Under the pieces are notes generated by a model. The model was not told the origin of the DNA. It ran no database searches and saw only the letters and a list, made by a program, of their open reading frames with translations. The position numbers and the translations under genes were made by a program. DNA of 61,826 nucleotides, the filler included, from Jimgerdemannia flammicorona (taxonomy: Eukaryota), in the NCBI GenBank assembly GCA_003990765.1. It is 3 parts of 3 records of this genome, joined end to end, with 100 filler letters (N's around TTAATTAATTAA, not from the genome) between each part and the next. Parts side by side here need not be neighbours in the genome. Positions count along the whole stretch, not along the records: positions 1 to 20,545 come from RBNJ01001654.1; positions 20,646 to 41,188 come from RBNJ01001655.1; 1 more part is not named here. One strand, given 5' to 3'. The number at the start of each line of letters is the position of its first letter. The stretch's first letter is position 1. Below, in pieces: positions 13,800-26,518 of the stretch.

Positions 13800-14860
13800 C
13801 TATCAGATTTACATTATTTATCAGTAATACAGAGAAATAGATGATCTATCCAACTTCAATAAAATTACTCTCTTTTATAACAAAGATTATGAGCCCTGCT
13901 AGTACTAAGTAGCTATGGCAAAACATCTCTTTAAATATACTACATATATGATAGAAATATCTGATAATTAGTCTAGCAATGTGAGTATAGAAATAAATAT
14001 ACCAATCATAAGCATTCTGCTAACTATGAGTATAACCTCAACAGGTATGGAAAATACAGTCTTGATTATTAGAATAAACACAGCTAAGAGATCTATCCTG
14101 ATCTTTGATGAAAAAGACTATGCTATTTGGGTATTTTATATAATAAATCACCTTAATGAATATGGCTTAATAAAGTATATAAAGTCAAAAGCACTAATTC
14201 AAGATTATGATCTTATAAATAATTGCCAAGCATTATGTAAGATTATATTCATATTATCAAACTTTCAAATAAAGCTCATAATATATGCTATGATAGCTCA
14301 TGATGTATGAGAGATTTTATACACTTCTCATCTATAAGTATCTGCATCTAATCAATTCCACCTAAAATCTCAACTATTCAATAGCTCAAAAAGTACATCT
14401 GTGATTATACCAATTATATTGATAATCTGATGAATTAAGTGAATTCTCTTAGTATATCTGCAGATTGCATTGTGAATGAAGACAAGGTTATAGTACTCAT
14501 AAAGAAACTCCCAGATATATATAATATTGTCATCACAGTTATATATAAGAGTAGTAGTCTTTCAGATTATGTCCACATAATAATAAGTCTCATGAATGAG
14601 GAAATGCACAAAGGAAATAGTCCTAATGATACTGATGATTATGAAAATGTCTTCTACAGATCCCATGAATATAGTGCCAAATGAGGTCAAAAGTATAGAT
14701 AATAAGACCAATAAATCCAAACTCAAAGTCAATGTAAAAATAACTAGTCTCACTAATCAATCAAGTATAATGATTACTGTGAATACTGCAGTAAGTATGA
14801 ATACAGAAAGTGATATTGCTATAGCTGCACATTTCATGTTACACATGTTTTACAACACTC
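13800..14860 (+). mobile_element. Ty1/Copia 5' fragment: LTR end, PBS, decayed gag
   Basis: PBS-like GATTATGAGCCC at ~13885. Gag IFDEKDYAIW and NSLSISADCIVNEDKVIVLIKKLPDIYNIV are homologous to the Copia gag at 58786-59517. Confidence 0.8.
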
Positions 14861-14899
14861 TTTTGAATAATTTATTAGAGAAAGATATTAAGAAGATGT

Positions 14900-17800
14900 C
14901 AAGCAGCAAGCAAGCTAACATGTATACTAGGTTGGGTAGACCTGGGGCTTTCGACTAGCAGCATATTGGTAGGGGCATAGGCTGGGGATGGGGTCTTTCA
15001 GTGGCTTGAGTGGACTGGGCAGCTCGGGTAGTGGAGGTGGCACTGGTAGAGGGGCTGGAGGGTGGCAGAAGAGGAGCTTTGCAGATATGCTGAGGACTGG
15101 GGGTTGGCCAATGGGAGCCTGCAGTGATCAGGCAGGAGGGAAGGGGAAGCAGAAGGCTGGGGATGCTGGGGGAGCTGGGCCTTCGCTGGTGGGAGGTGGG
15201 GGAAGTGGAGGAACTGCTGGGGGTAGTGGCAGGACTGCTGATGGTGGCATGATGGCAAATCAGGAAAAAAAAGAGATGTGATGGCTGATGGTCAGGGGAG
15301 GCAGGGGTTTCTAATGTGAAAGGGGACCTGGTGGATGGTGTAACAGGACTGGTGGTGGCCCTGTTGCTCAAGAAGTCAATTTCACAGTTCGTGACTACCT
15401 TGTGCTTCCAGGGCTTGGCAGTAATGGCAAGGATGGTCCTGGGGCTTATCTCGAAGCAGGTGGCTGGGGCAGCCTCAGTGAAATTCTTGAAGGGCCTGGA
15501 GGGGGTTGAGGTGGGCCTTGAGGAGGCAGGCCTACTGGATGAGGCCCTGAAGACTAGAGTGGTAGTTGGGGAGGTAGTGGTCCCCTTGGTGAGATGCTTG
15601 AGGTGGGACCCCAGGGTGGTGCAGCTTCTAGTGAGGGGGGTGCCCGCAGTGACTACAGAGTATAGAGATGTAGTGGACATCAGCTTTCAGGTATAGGAGG
15701 GGACGATGATTAGGACAGGTGATGTAGAAGTCAGGATTTGGCTGGCAGGGAAGGAGGCCACTGGGAAGATGAGTGACTGGCCCTCAGTATTGATGTGGGG
15801 GGCCTTTGTCTATAAGGTATCAAGGGTGAAAGGAAGTGAAGAGGAGGAGAAGGACTTGTTGGAGGTGCTGGAGAAGTTGGGTGGTACTGTAGAGAGGAGA
15901 GTGAAAGCCTGGAAGCTCTATGAGGAGTCAATGCACCTGGAGATTATAGAGGGAAAGCGTATCTGCACTGACAATAGGCAGTGGGAGCGGGCCCAGGGGT
16001 GTCTGAGGCAGAGGGAGCTCTTGGCAGTATGACAGAAGGGGAGAAGAGGAAGGTAGATGGGGCTGAGGAGTCTGGAGGCATCAAAGTCAGTGTATGGGCT
16101 AGTGAAGGTGGGAAGGAGGCAGTGGTAACAGAAGAATGGGCTACAAAGGTGCTGGGCAAGGATTCCTATGCAGATGGTACTTTCGAAGTTTGGGAGGAGG
16201 AATCAGATAGCACCCCCCCCCCACTTGTCAGGAGGGGCCCAGTGGGGTGGAGAGGGGTGGCAGAGGATGTACCAATGCAGGGGGCCCAGCGAGTTACCTT
16301 TGGGGTCCCAGATGTGGCAAAAGGGAGCCAGGTGGTGGTGGTTGGTGAGGATGAGGTGGTGGATGTCCCAGAGGAGGAGTGGAATGAGGATGCCAGTGTA
16401 GGTACTAATACTATGATGCTGGATGCAGGGTGGCTGGGGACCCCTGGAGGGAAGGAGATTGGGAATCTGTTGTGGATGAGCAAGGTGATGGATAACCTTG
16501 TGGCTGAGGTGTTGGGAGAAGTGGATCTAGGGATCATGCCAGAGGAGTACTGGGTATGGATTCTGCAAGATGATGGAGTGATGGAGGCACTGAAGGTGGA
16601 GATTCTTGCGATCTTACTGGAAGAAGAGGGTTATGAGGTGGATGAGGTGAGGAAGGCAGAGCTGGTGGTTGTTGCTGGTGAGTGGGCTGCCTACTGTTGG
16701 GCAGAATGACATGGTTTGCAGTTCTGGCAAGAGGCCTGTGTGGAGTATCAGGAGGACTTTGAGGAGAAAGAGGATGGGGCTATGGTTGAACTTCTGGGGG
16801 GGTTGGAGGCACAGGAAGCTGAGAAGAAGAAACTGGTTGCAGAACATATCTTGGATGTGGCACAGGAGGCTTGAGTGTGGATTTGTAGAGGAGAAGTTTG
16901 ATCTTTAATAATATTCCTTATAAACAGTACAACTAGCATTTTCTCTCTCAATGTGAATGGCCTTCAGGGATCTGTGCAGTGTAGGAACATTTTTACATAG
17001 CTAAAGAGATTGGAGGCTGATCTCTTTTTACTGCAGGATGTATGGTGTGAGGATGAGGATGATTGGATAGAGTGGACTAAGGAATGGAGTGGGGCTACCA
17101 CTTGGTTTGGAAAGGTGGCAATTCTGGTAAAGAAGGGTAGAGGGGATTTGGAGGAAATCAAGAGCTGGGGAGATCATTTGGTCTGGGGTGAATGGCACTG
17201 GCCAGGGTGGGAATTGGTGAGGGTGGGCTCTTGTTACTGTCCAGTGGCTAGGGGAGAGAGGATTGCATGGATTAAGGAGCTACTGGAGGAGGGCATTCTC
17301 TTGGAGGAAGGGGTCGATGTTCTTGATGGGGATTTTAATATAGTTCGAGATTTGTGGCTGGATAGAACTGATGGAGAGAGGAATGCCGGTGGAAGGAGTG
17401 GTGGTCTAGATGTGTGGGAGGAGGTGGAAAGTCTTAGCTCCTTAGGGGATATGGGCAGAACATGGTGGAGCAACTCCAGGGTCTACACACACTGGGTGAA
17501 TGGCCTAGAGACAAGGATTGACTGGATTTTGATGGTCAAATGTTGGGGTACAGATGTCTGGAAGACTTTGGAGGTGGTGTGGTGCCCGTGGTCTGATCAC
17601 TGGGGACTGCTTGGGCAGGGGCAGTTTGGGGGGAGTGGAGATGGACCCAGACATTGGTACCTTAACTCCTCCCTGCTGGCTGAGAAGGGGTTGTGGGACT
17701 CATGGGTGGAGGATGTCCAGGCAAAGGTTCTGCTCTGGAGGTGGGAGGGTTTGTCTGTGGGTGTCCATTGGATGAGGTTGAAGGAGGCTGTGAGGATCTA

Positions 17801-20545
17801 TTGGGGTGGAGCTGGTAGAGAGACAGAGAGACAGAGGAGGAGGTGAGTACAGTGTGCTTCAAATAGGTTGAGGGGATTGTAGTTGGAGTGGACAGATTTG
17901 CTTATGTCTGATGAGGTGGAGGATTGGAGGTTAGAGAGGGCGAAATTGGAAGTAGTAGAACTGCAACAGGTGTTGAGAGAGGAGGAGGAGACTTATATGC
18001 GAGGAATGGCTGCCAGACTATAGTGGCAGGGGCTTGAGGAGGGGGAGCGGCCTACTAGGTACTTGTCTAGGCTCCTCAAAGCCAGGTGGGTGAGACATTG
18101 GTGGGATGGGGTCTTTGATGCTAAGGGAGAGTTGGTGCATGGTACACAGCAGATCCTGGGAGTATTGAAGGAGAATTGGCGGAGTCTGTGGAGTGAGGAA
18201 GAAGGGGGTACTGATGCAGAGGTGATTGGCAATACACTGGAGGAGTGAGAGCCACTGCAGGTAGAGGGACTGGGTGACCTGTTCTTACCAGTCTGGGAGG
18301 AGGAGATTCAAGGAGTCCTGGCAGTGACTAAGCTTGGGACAGTGCCTAGAGAGGATGGATTATCATGGGACTTCTGGAAGAAGATGGCAAAAGTCCCTAG
18401 AATGCTGAAAGAGATGGCTGCCCTCTGTGACTATGTTATTCTAAATGGCATGTGGGTTAGAGAGCAGGACTTAGGGCTGGAGCACTATTGTACAAAGACA
18501 AGGGCAGGCATGAGGATTGGAAGAATTGGAGACTGATCATGCTTCTGGATATGGATCGAAAGTTAGTGACTAAGGTGATTGTTGCGAGGCTACAGAAGGT
18601 TGCCCAACAGGTGCTGGGTGAGGAGCAGTGGGGCTTTGTAGGTGGTAGGCTTATCAGAGATAGAACTGCCTGGGTGTATGGCATTATTGAAAGAGCCCAG
18701 GCCTGCAGACTAGATGGTAGACATGTTTTTTTGGACTAGAAGAAGGCCTATGACTGTGTTCAGCAGGTTTGGCTAGGCAAGGTGCTGGACAGAATTGGTG
18801 TTCTGCCACAGTTTTGGGCCTCTATGTTAAGTTTGTTGGATGGGAGTAGAGTGGCACTATTGTGTAATGGTCACAGGGGTTTGGTGTTTCCCTTGGGAAG
18901 GGGAGTCCCTCAAGGGGACCTGCTGTCTCCTATCTTTTATGCACTCTCCTTGGAACCTTTGATGGATAGGATCCATAGGAGAGTGGCTGGGCTCTCTGTG
19001 TATGGTGTGGAGTGGAAGGTGGGGGCCTTTGCAGATGATATAGTAGTTGGACTTGGATCAGTAGCAGATGTAGAGGCTCTTTGGGAAATAGTGGAGTGGT
19101 ATGAGGCACACTCTGAAGCAAGGCTCAACTGGCATAAGTGTGAGACAATAGTGTTGGGGAATTGGCTAGTGGGAGGGGATGTCATTGGAACAATTGTCCC
19201 CACAGGAGAGGTGGTGTAGTATCTCAGTATCTTTCTCTCTGTATATGGATCAGTCCTGCTATGAGTGTGGTGGGAGAGGAGGGTGGACATTTGGGGGGAG
19301 GCTCTAAAAGGTTGGGGGTCATCATATTTCCCTGGCAGGGCAGGTGGTGATTCTGAATGTATACTGGTTTCTCAAGCTATAGTATGTGGCATATCACTTA
19401 GACTTTTCAGCTTGAATGGTGAAGAGGCTGATGAAACTGGCTAGGGATTGGATTTGGGCAGGTAAAAGGGCCCAGATCAGTTGGGATACCCTTGTCGAGC
19501 CAATGCTTAGGAGAGGCCTGGGCCTTGTTGATTTCCCTAAGCGATTACACTGCCTGCAAGCTTGGTGATTGAGAAGAGCTATTGAGCTACAGGATAGAGG
19601 TTGGGTAATGCTGATGCAGAAGGTGTGGGAGATGAGAGTCTCCCCCCGGGGGTCCTCAGGGGATCTACTCTCTTTGGTGGATCTGAATAGAAGCTGATGG
19701 CTACAGTATAAGGGCTTCTGGTGGGGAGTGGTCGATGGAGTACACCAGATAGGCCTGCACTGGCATGGCAATGAGAGGGAGGTAGAATGGGGTCCAGCTA
19801 TGTGGAGATGGGACCATCTACTTCTAGGAGGAGTTCCACTTGCTGAGTTTAATATTGGGGATGGAGTGGAGTGTCAGCAGCAAATTGGTCAGGATCTTTG
19901 ACTGAGTAGTTGGCAGGCAGTGAGGATTGGTGAGGAGTGGGACTGGGCAGGGATCTGGTCTTGGAGTACAGAGGTGCAGTGGTGGCTACCTCTCAAGTTC
20001 TGGGTAGTGTGGAGGAATATTATGTTGAATTTCTGTGCTGGGCATCTGGTGGATGGTGGTCGACTGGATTGTGAGGAGTATTATAATGTTGGGCAAGCTG
20101 GGGGATTTGTACAAATGCCAGAACATTGGCTGGGAGAATGTGAGGTGCTGGGGGATTTTTGGATAGCTATAGGGAACTGGCTAGGGGTTGGAAGGAGACC
20201 AGATAGAGAGAGAAGTCGCTGGGAAGATTTGGAATCTAGACTTATGGGAGGTGTCAGCAATGGGTGGCTTACTGTAGGGTGGGTTGTGGCAGTGTAGATG
20301 GGGTTGGCTGGACATTGGCTCTTTATTTTTGAGGAGGGGCAACAGATAGGGATATGGAAGAAGTTGTTGAGATGGGAGGAGTTGGTGGCGGATCTGCTGA
20401 CTGAGTGGAGGATTGGATGGAGACCCCAAGGTGGGCAATGTTGCCATCTGGTGGAAGGGATATGTGAACAGAGTGGTGGGCAGGTGGAGATGGTGTTTGG
20501 TAATTATGTGAGTGGAGTGGGCATACGGGTATATATGCAGTGCAG
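14900..20545 (+). mobile_element. Near full-length decayed L1/Tx1-like LINE: ORF1 ~14990-16900, ORF2 APE endonuclease + RT ~16920-20500; 3' end lost at contig edge
   Basis: APE motifs SLNVNGL, DLFLLQD, GDFN, TRIDWIL, WSDH. RT motifs NWRLIMLLDMDRKL, QWGFVGGR, FLD*KKAYD, GVPQGDLLSP, FADD. Many stops and frameshifts. Confidence 0.92.
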
Positions 20546-20645
20546 NNNNNNNNNNNNNNNNNNNNNNNNNNNNNNNNNNNNNNNNNNNNTTAATTAATTA
20601 ANNNNNNNNNNNNNNNNNNNNNNNNNNNNNNNNNNNNNNNNNNNN
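20546..20645. other. Artificial contig linker (N44-TTAATTAATTAA-N44)
   Basis: Exactly 100 nt with a six-frame stop cassette; identical to 41189-41288. Confidence 0.97.
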
Positions 20646-20715
20646 AAAAAAAAAAAAACCTTCATATCAAAAGAAGTTCCCAAATTCACATCACATTCCA
20701 TCCTCTCTCTCTTAG

Positions 20716-21806
20716 ACGCCCCTGCCATCAAGTCTGCAGATGTGGGTGTAGCCATGGGCCTGGCAGGCACGGAGATCACCAAGCAGGCAGCAGACCTCGT
20801 GTTGGCCAATGACGACTTCACGACAATTGTGGCAGCCGTGGAGGAGGGTAGACAGGTGTTCGACAACATCCTCAAATTCATTGTCTATCTGCTCAGCTGC
20901 AACGGTGCCGAGATCTTCCTCATGCTCATCTGCGCGTGCGCCGGCATCGAATTGCCCTTCACTACTATCATGATTTTGTGGGCGAATATCATTGGTACGT
21001 GTATTCGCTTTTGTGTGGGTGTAGATATTGTCGCGTTGCCGTTCCTACCCTCTGGTATGATTGTGTATCTGACCCAATGTATCTATACAAAAAAAAAAAA
21101 AAAACAATCAGCCGACATTCCCCCCGCCATGGCACTCGGGCTTGAGCCCGCGGAGAAGGATCTTATGAGGCGGAAGCCGCGCAACCCGAATGCCGGCGTG
21201 CTGACACGCGTCACGTGGACCATGGTCGGCCTGCAGTCTGGTCTCATGGCCCTCATGACCTTTGGCGTATACACCATTGCCCTCTACATCGAGAAGATCA
21301 ATGAGGCGGATTCGAGGTCGTTGGTGAGTCGGATGTGATATGTTGCTTTTTTTTTATTTTTATTTTTTTATTTTGTCACTAACGCAATCCACTAACCCCT
21401 TACAAATGATAATAAATAAACCACAGGCCTTCACGCTCCTCACCTCCCTTCAGCTCCTCCAAGGCTTCCTCTCCCGTACCATCAACGTGTCCGTCTTCCA
21501 GACCGGATTCTTTACCAACTTGTGGATGATCTTTGCCGTCGGAGTGTCTTTCCTCGCCATGCTCATTGGTGTCTACGTAACAGGTAAGATAGTCATTATT
21601 GTTTTCGTCCCACGGTCTATCGGCTCCTCAAATAACAGTAAAAGTCTCATGATGATTTCCCTTCTTTCAAAGGCATATCCGACTGGTTGACCCTCACGTG
21701 GGTCCCGTGGTTCGGTTGGTGCAAGATCGGCATATGCTGCGTCGTGCTGATTGTTTTCAGCGAAGGAGAGAAATGGGTTGTGAGGAAGAAGCACTGGGCG
21801 TTCTAG
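20716..21806 (+). CDS. P-type II cation-transporting ATPase (Ca2+ or Na+/K+ ENA-like), 3' four exons: 20716-20994, 21112-21323, 21427-21583, 21673-21806; 5' part missing
   Basis: DAPAIKSADVGVAMGLAGTEITKQAADLVLANDDFTTIVAAVEEGRQVFDNI, ILWANII|ADIPPAMALGLEP, FFTNLWMIFAV. Canonical GT-AG introns keep frame to ...KKHWAF*. Confidence 0.93.
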
Positions 21807-22741
21807 AGGACGTTTGACAGGCTCGGGTTGCGTGCGTTGGCAGCGATTGAAGAAAAAATGGGTGGACAGAATACCAGATGCATAGACGGAGAGGACAGGA
21901 TACCACTTGAAAAATAATTATGCTATCGTGTATTTCGTTTGTTACGTCTTTCGGCTCGGTCGGTACTCAGAGTTTCACTTTGGGCGTTCGCCGAGGCTAT
22001 ACATAATTACATGTAACTTGGCGATGTGGCTAGCGCGGCAGTGTGACTTGCTGGCGTGTTTTTTTTTTTGGTGTGTGCATGTAAATAAAAATCAATATTT
22101 CACCTTGGGTGAAAGATCTTTTCCACCCGTCCATCGGCCATATTCACGTCAGACCGAAGGTTTATATGCCAGACGCGCCCCTCATGGGAAGGCGCATTAC
22201 CTTTGGAAGCAACAAATGCAGTGTCCACTGGACAAGAAATAAGGCCCAAAACCCAGGATCCAACACCATGCCGACTCGCGACTGACCTCTACCCCTAGCC
22301 TCGGTGCATCTCCATTAGGAATGGGCGCCTTTTTTCACAAAAACTCGAAGCCAATCGCAATACCAGAAGCATGGCCAAAAAGCCCAGATGAGAATGGTAT
22401 TCGTTTATTTTGATTTCGGCCAACTCGCTTCAAGACGCGCCGCTGCGTCCAACAATCCTTTGGCCACTCCATGAAGTCATTCGCACCCATTCCTGCCTGA
22501 AAAACCTGCTCCTGCCCCCCTGAAGTCGGGGACTCTGCACCCGCCCCTAAAGCCGCAGTTGCCCCTTGAGTTGTGGTCGTTGTACCCGCCCTTCAAAAAA
22601 TGTTTGACTGAGAGGGAGGAGGGCGGGAACTAAAGAAATGGATAAAAAAAAAAAAATCGGATTGCAAGGTTGGAGACGCGAGCACTGGTTGGACGTTCAA
22701 GAATGTCTCTGGGGTTGTAAAAATAAATTTAAAAAAGTGCA

Positions 22742-22860
22742 AAACTACAGCACCCAGTATTCCCATGTGGTCCCCCACCATAGTACTGACTGGGCCATCA
22801 CGGGCTTAACTTCGGAGATCGGACGGGATCCGGTGCATTGCCGTGTGTATGGCCGTAGCT
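22742..22860 (-). rRNA. 5S rRNA gene (dispersed copy)
   Basis: Reverse strand reads AGCTACGGCCATAC...GATCCCGTCCGATCTCCGAAGTTAAGC...AGTACTATGGTGGGGGACCACATGGGAATACTGGGTGCTGTAGTT, ~119 nt. Pairing ends and a downstream T-run Pol III terminator. Confidence 0.95.
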
Positions 22861-25018
22861 TAAAATATTAGTTACTGTATATGATTATATTCTTATGTTA
22901 TATCTGTACACGGTAGTTGGAGGATCTGTACAAATCTTCAGACCTCTCCTCTATACGAGATTTCTGTTCTCGTCGAACTCCCCTTGGGACGCCTGCGTTA
23001 TCTTTTAACCGAAGCGCCGTCCCCCAATGTCTTTAGCCTAGGACGAAAATGTCAATGTCAGGGGTTGGTGGGTATTTATTTTTACCATATCCGCCTTTGA
23101 ACGACGACCTTGATGAAAGCCGTCTGCAAAATGAGTTAGATCTTTTGCCATTACTGATATTATCTGTACCGCTTCAAGAGGGGCAGCATTAAGTGGTTGA
23201 TACGACCTGGGTGGAATTAAACATCCGTTTTCAAGTTGGGTTTATTTATACTTCCTCCTACTTCGGTTTATTCTGCACATGTCTTTATTCCATGTGAACA
23301 GATATATAACAAATCCCAAAGGACATTTACGTTCCAACGATAAGAGCATTGGTCAGGCTGCGATATATGGGCCGCTGTATATAGTAAGGAAAAGATGAAG
23401 GATTTGAGTCCGTCCACTTGGTTTATCCTCACTTTTTGAGTGAGGATTGTGGACGAGGTCTGGTGTTGGTGGGAGAAAGGTGTGTTGCTAACTTAGAGCA
23501 AACTATAATTATTTTACATTCTTCGTATGCAAATAATGAAATAATGACCAATGCCACTGCAGATCTGGCAATGAGGGCCCACACCTGATGACATCGGAAC
23601 AGAGAGAGTTCTCTATCATTCACCAAGGTCGCCGCCGTGAGAGATTCCATCGTTCCATGCACGGCAGCATAGCAGGCAGGATGCTTCCCCTGTGACGACA
23701 TGGCGTTGGCGAATGGGTCAAACGACGATGATCGGCGAGTAGGCGTCATTATGGTTGCGACTAGACCAAAAAAAAAAAATCCCCCTCTCTAATAGGTCTT
23801 TCGGACCCGAATTCGAACCGGTTTTGGTAATATTATAGAGGAGATTGTTGTTTGGTCAGCCCGTGGCAAGGTTGAAAAGATCGACTTTCAGCTGATACGG
23901 CGCACTACTACTATTCACGTCCAGGACTTGATTTCAATCTGACACAGCTAATATTCGGCTTTGAGCGAGGAAGTGCATCGACAGTTTTGCATACAAAATT
24001 CTCGGCCATACCATAGGAAAGAGAATTAGGAATAATTAAGTATTTTCCCAAATATCTGATGGATTATCAGCATCAAATTTTTTTTCTTCATTTCGCGCAA
24101 AACGAGCCACACGAATTTTGGGCACTATGACTACAATCGGCTCCGCCGGCTCCGATGGAAACTCAAGATGTGCCGACATGTCCCCTGCATCCGTGGTGGG
24201 GTGTGGCTAACTAGCCTGATATCCCTCCCGCGTGAAATCGTGTGATCGAAATTAACAATTCCCGGCGCGCGTTTCTTGCTTGGATGTTGCGTCGGCTTTT
24301 TCATTCCGAAAACCCGTCGCATCAAAGGGCGTCATGTGTGCTGAGCAATTCCCCACCCAATCCTGTGCATGTACTGCAATATAGGTAGTTGGCGGAGAAA
24401 GAGAGGAACGCGATGATCCGTGGCCTGTGCCAGGGTTGTGCAGAAAAAGAGGCCCCATGACGATGCACGCCTAGTGGGATAATTCGGGCGGTACGTGCGT
24501 GCGTTGGTAGAGAGGAAAGGATTCCGCGCACGTTCAATGCCAATTATGAACCGGTCATACGTCTCGTTACCCACGAGCCGGTCATCTCGGCATTCCACTT
24601 TCTTTGGAAGCTGCGATGCTAAACATTCCTTGTCGCCAGCATTTTTACACTCTGGTCTATTCCACGAGCGAAGGAATGATTAAAGGGATCGCCTCACCTG
24701 CCCACCAAAGTCAGAGTAGTCAAATGTAATTTGTGGAACCACTAAAGAGATGGCCCCCTTCCCTGTAAGACAAGTTGGAATCCTAGTCTAACCTAGAAAT
24801 CACACTTTACTCGTGGCCATCGGTGAAACCAATTGGCCACAATTCATTACAAGACAATGGGTGCGTGCTCCCAAAGACTTGAATCTCAAAATCATATGAA
24901 TGAAAGGCTTAAAAAGCCTGGTTACTCAAGAGCAACACACGATCAATCGCTTATTCCTCTAAATACGTGCACACAACCACCTCCCACTCCTTTTTGTCTC
25001 TCGCAACACCAAGCCCTT

Positions 25019-25060
<42 letters not shown>

Positions 25061-25084
25061 AAAAACAACAAAACTCGATACACC

Positions 25085-26518
25085 ATGGCTCTCCCTTCGA
25101 CATCAAACCAACAACCCACGTCCACCAATGAAGAACCTAGCCGCATGTCCGATTATTTGCGTTCGAATCTCAAATGGTTCACGAACCGGGCCGCGCCCAT
25201 GCAAAACACGCCCGAAGGCAATTTTTTCCTCAAGAACGATGAGGAAGAGGTCGATCGCACCCTGGTCCATCATGGGGCCATGAAGATGGCGTTTGGAAGG
25301 TATGCTGACGTTCGGTGGTGGATGCTCAAAATTGCAAACGAGCTGAAAACGAAGGCGTCTTTTGTTCCTCAAACTCATTGAACATATGTGATTCTTCCAA
25401 ACTAGCAACTTTACAGCACCCATGACAGACCTTCTGCAAGCAGGTGCGCGTGTCCTAGACGTCGGGTATGTAGACAACGGCATAATTTCGGAATTGCGTC
25501 TAACCTTAACACGACAGCTAACATCTGGCTTCGTAACTCATTGTTTGCACTCTACCAGCTGCGGACCTGGCTTCTGGGTGATGGTGAGGTTTCATTTCTC
25601 ATTTTGGGACACAGCAATCTGCTTTTCGCTGTATTTAATGTCGGAGTTTGTATAAACGACCCCTGATCATCCCAAAAATCTCAAAATTGACAGGATGTGG
25701 CGACCGAGTACCCGCTTTCACAATTCACCGGCATCGATATCGACAGTTACGTGCTACCAACAAGCACAATGCCTCAAAACACAGAATTCGAATGCGTGGA
25801 TGTGTTCTCAATGCCCTATGCGGAAGGGACGTTCGATTTCGTTTATGTAGGTATTTTTGCGGGTCACGAGCTGAAATAATAAATGTTCATCATGTCTGTG
25901 CGCCTTTTTACTTATCCTCTCAAATTGCACCAAACAAAGATTCGTGCCATGTTCACTTACTTCCGTGAGGAACAGTGGGTGGATATCCTCCGTGAGATTG
26001 CTCGGGTGACCAAATCTGGGGGATACATTGAAGTCCAGGACGCTTCAATGATTTTCAAGGATTTCGGCCCTATTGGGACGGCTTACGCCGAAGGTAAGTT
26101 TTGGCTACTCAATAATTCGCAATGCTCACACTTCCATCAGAACGCAAAAATATTCAGGCCGTTAACTCGATTATGGTTTTGCATCTCAGCCTTTGGTAAA
26201 GTGATGGTCGCCAACAAGCGCAATCTCTCTCACGCCACTTTCCTCACCAACGTCTTTGCCACAACCATGCGAGACACTTTCGAGTTCGTGTCAAAACACG
26301 ACGTGGACGTCCCCACCTGTCACGACCAGGAACTCGGCCGACAAATGCAAGAGGATTTTGCATACCTCGCGCGGCCTTTAATTGAGATGTTGGCTCTTCA
26401 GGGCAGCGACGATCTGACGAAGAGCATCGACGGGATCTCCTTTGACGACGCGTTTGGCGAATTCACGACTCACAAAACAACCATCGGATTTTTCAGCCTG
26501 GTCGCGAAGAGGCTGTGA
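25085..26518 (+). CDS. Class I SAM-dependent methyltransferase, LaeA-like family (6 exons, 5 introns)
   Basis: Spliced product contains FLKNDEEEVDRTLVHH, GARVLDVG|CGPGFWVM|DVATEYPLSQFTGIDI, FDFVY|IRAM and EIARVTKSGGYIEV. Introns begin GTATGC, GTATGT, GTGAGG, GTAGGT, GTAAGT; ATG in CACCATG context. Confidence 0.9.

Noticed and set aside
20590..20601. TTAATTAATTAA as a biological site
   Set aside because: Artificial six-frame stop linker embedded in Ns, repeated at 41233-41244.
24001..24020. CGGCCATACC resembling a 5S rRNA 5' end
   Set aside because: Only about 9 nt match; no internal promoter boxes or 3' stem.
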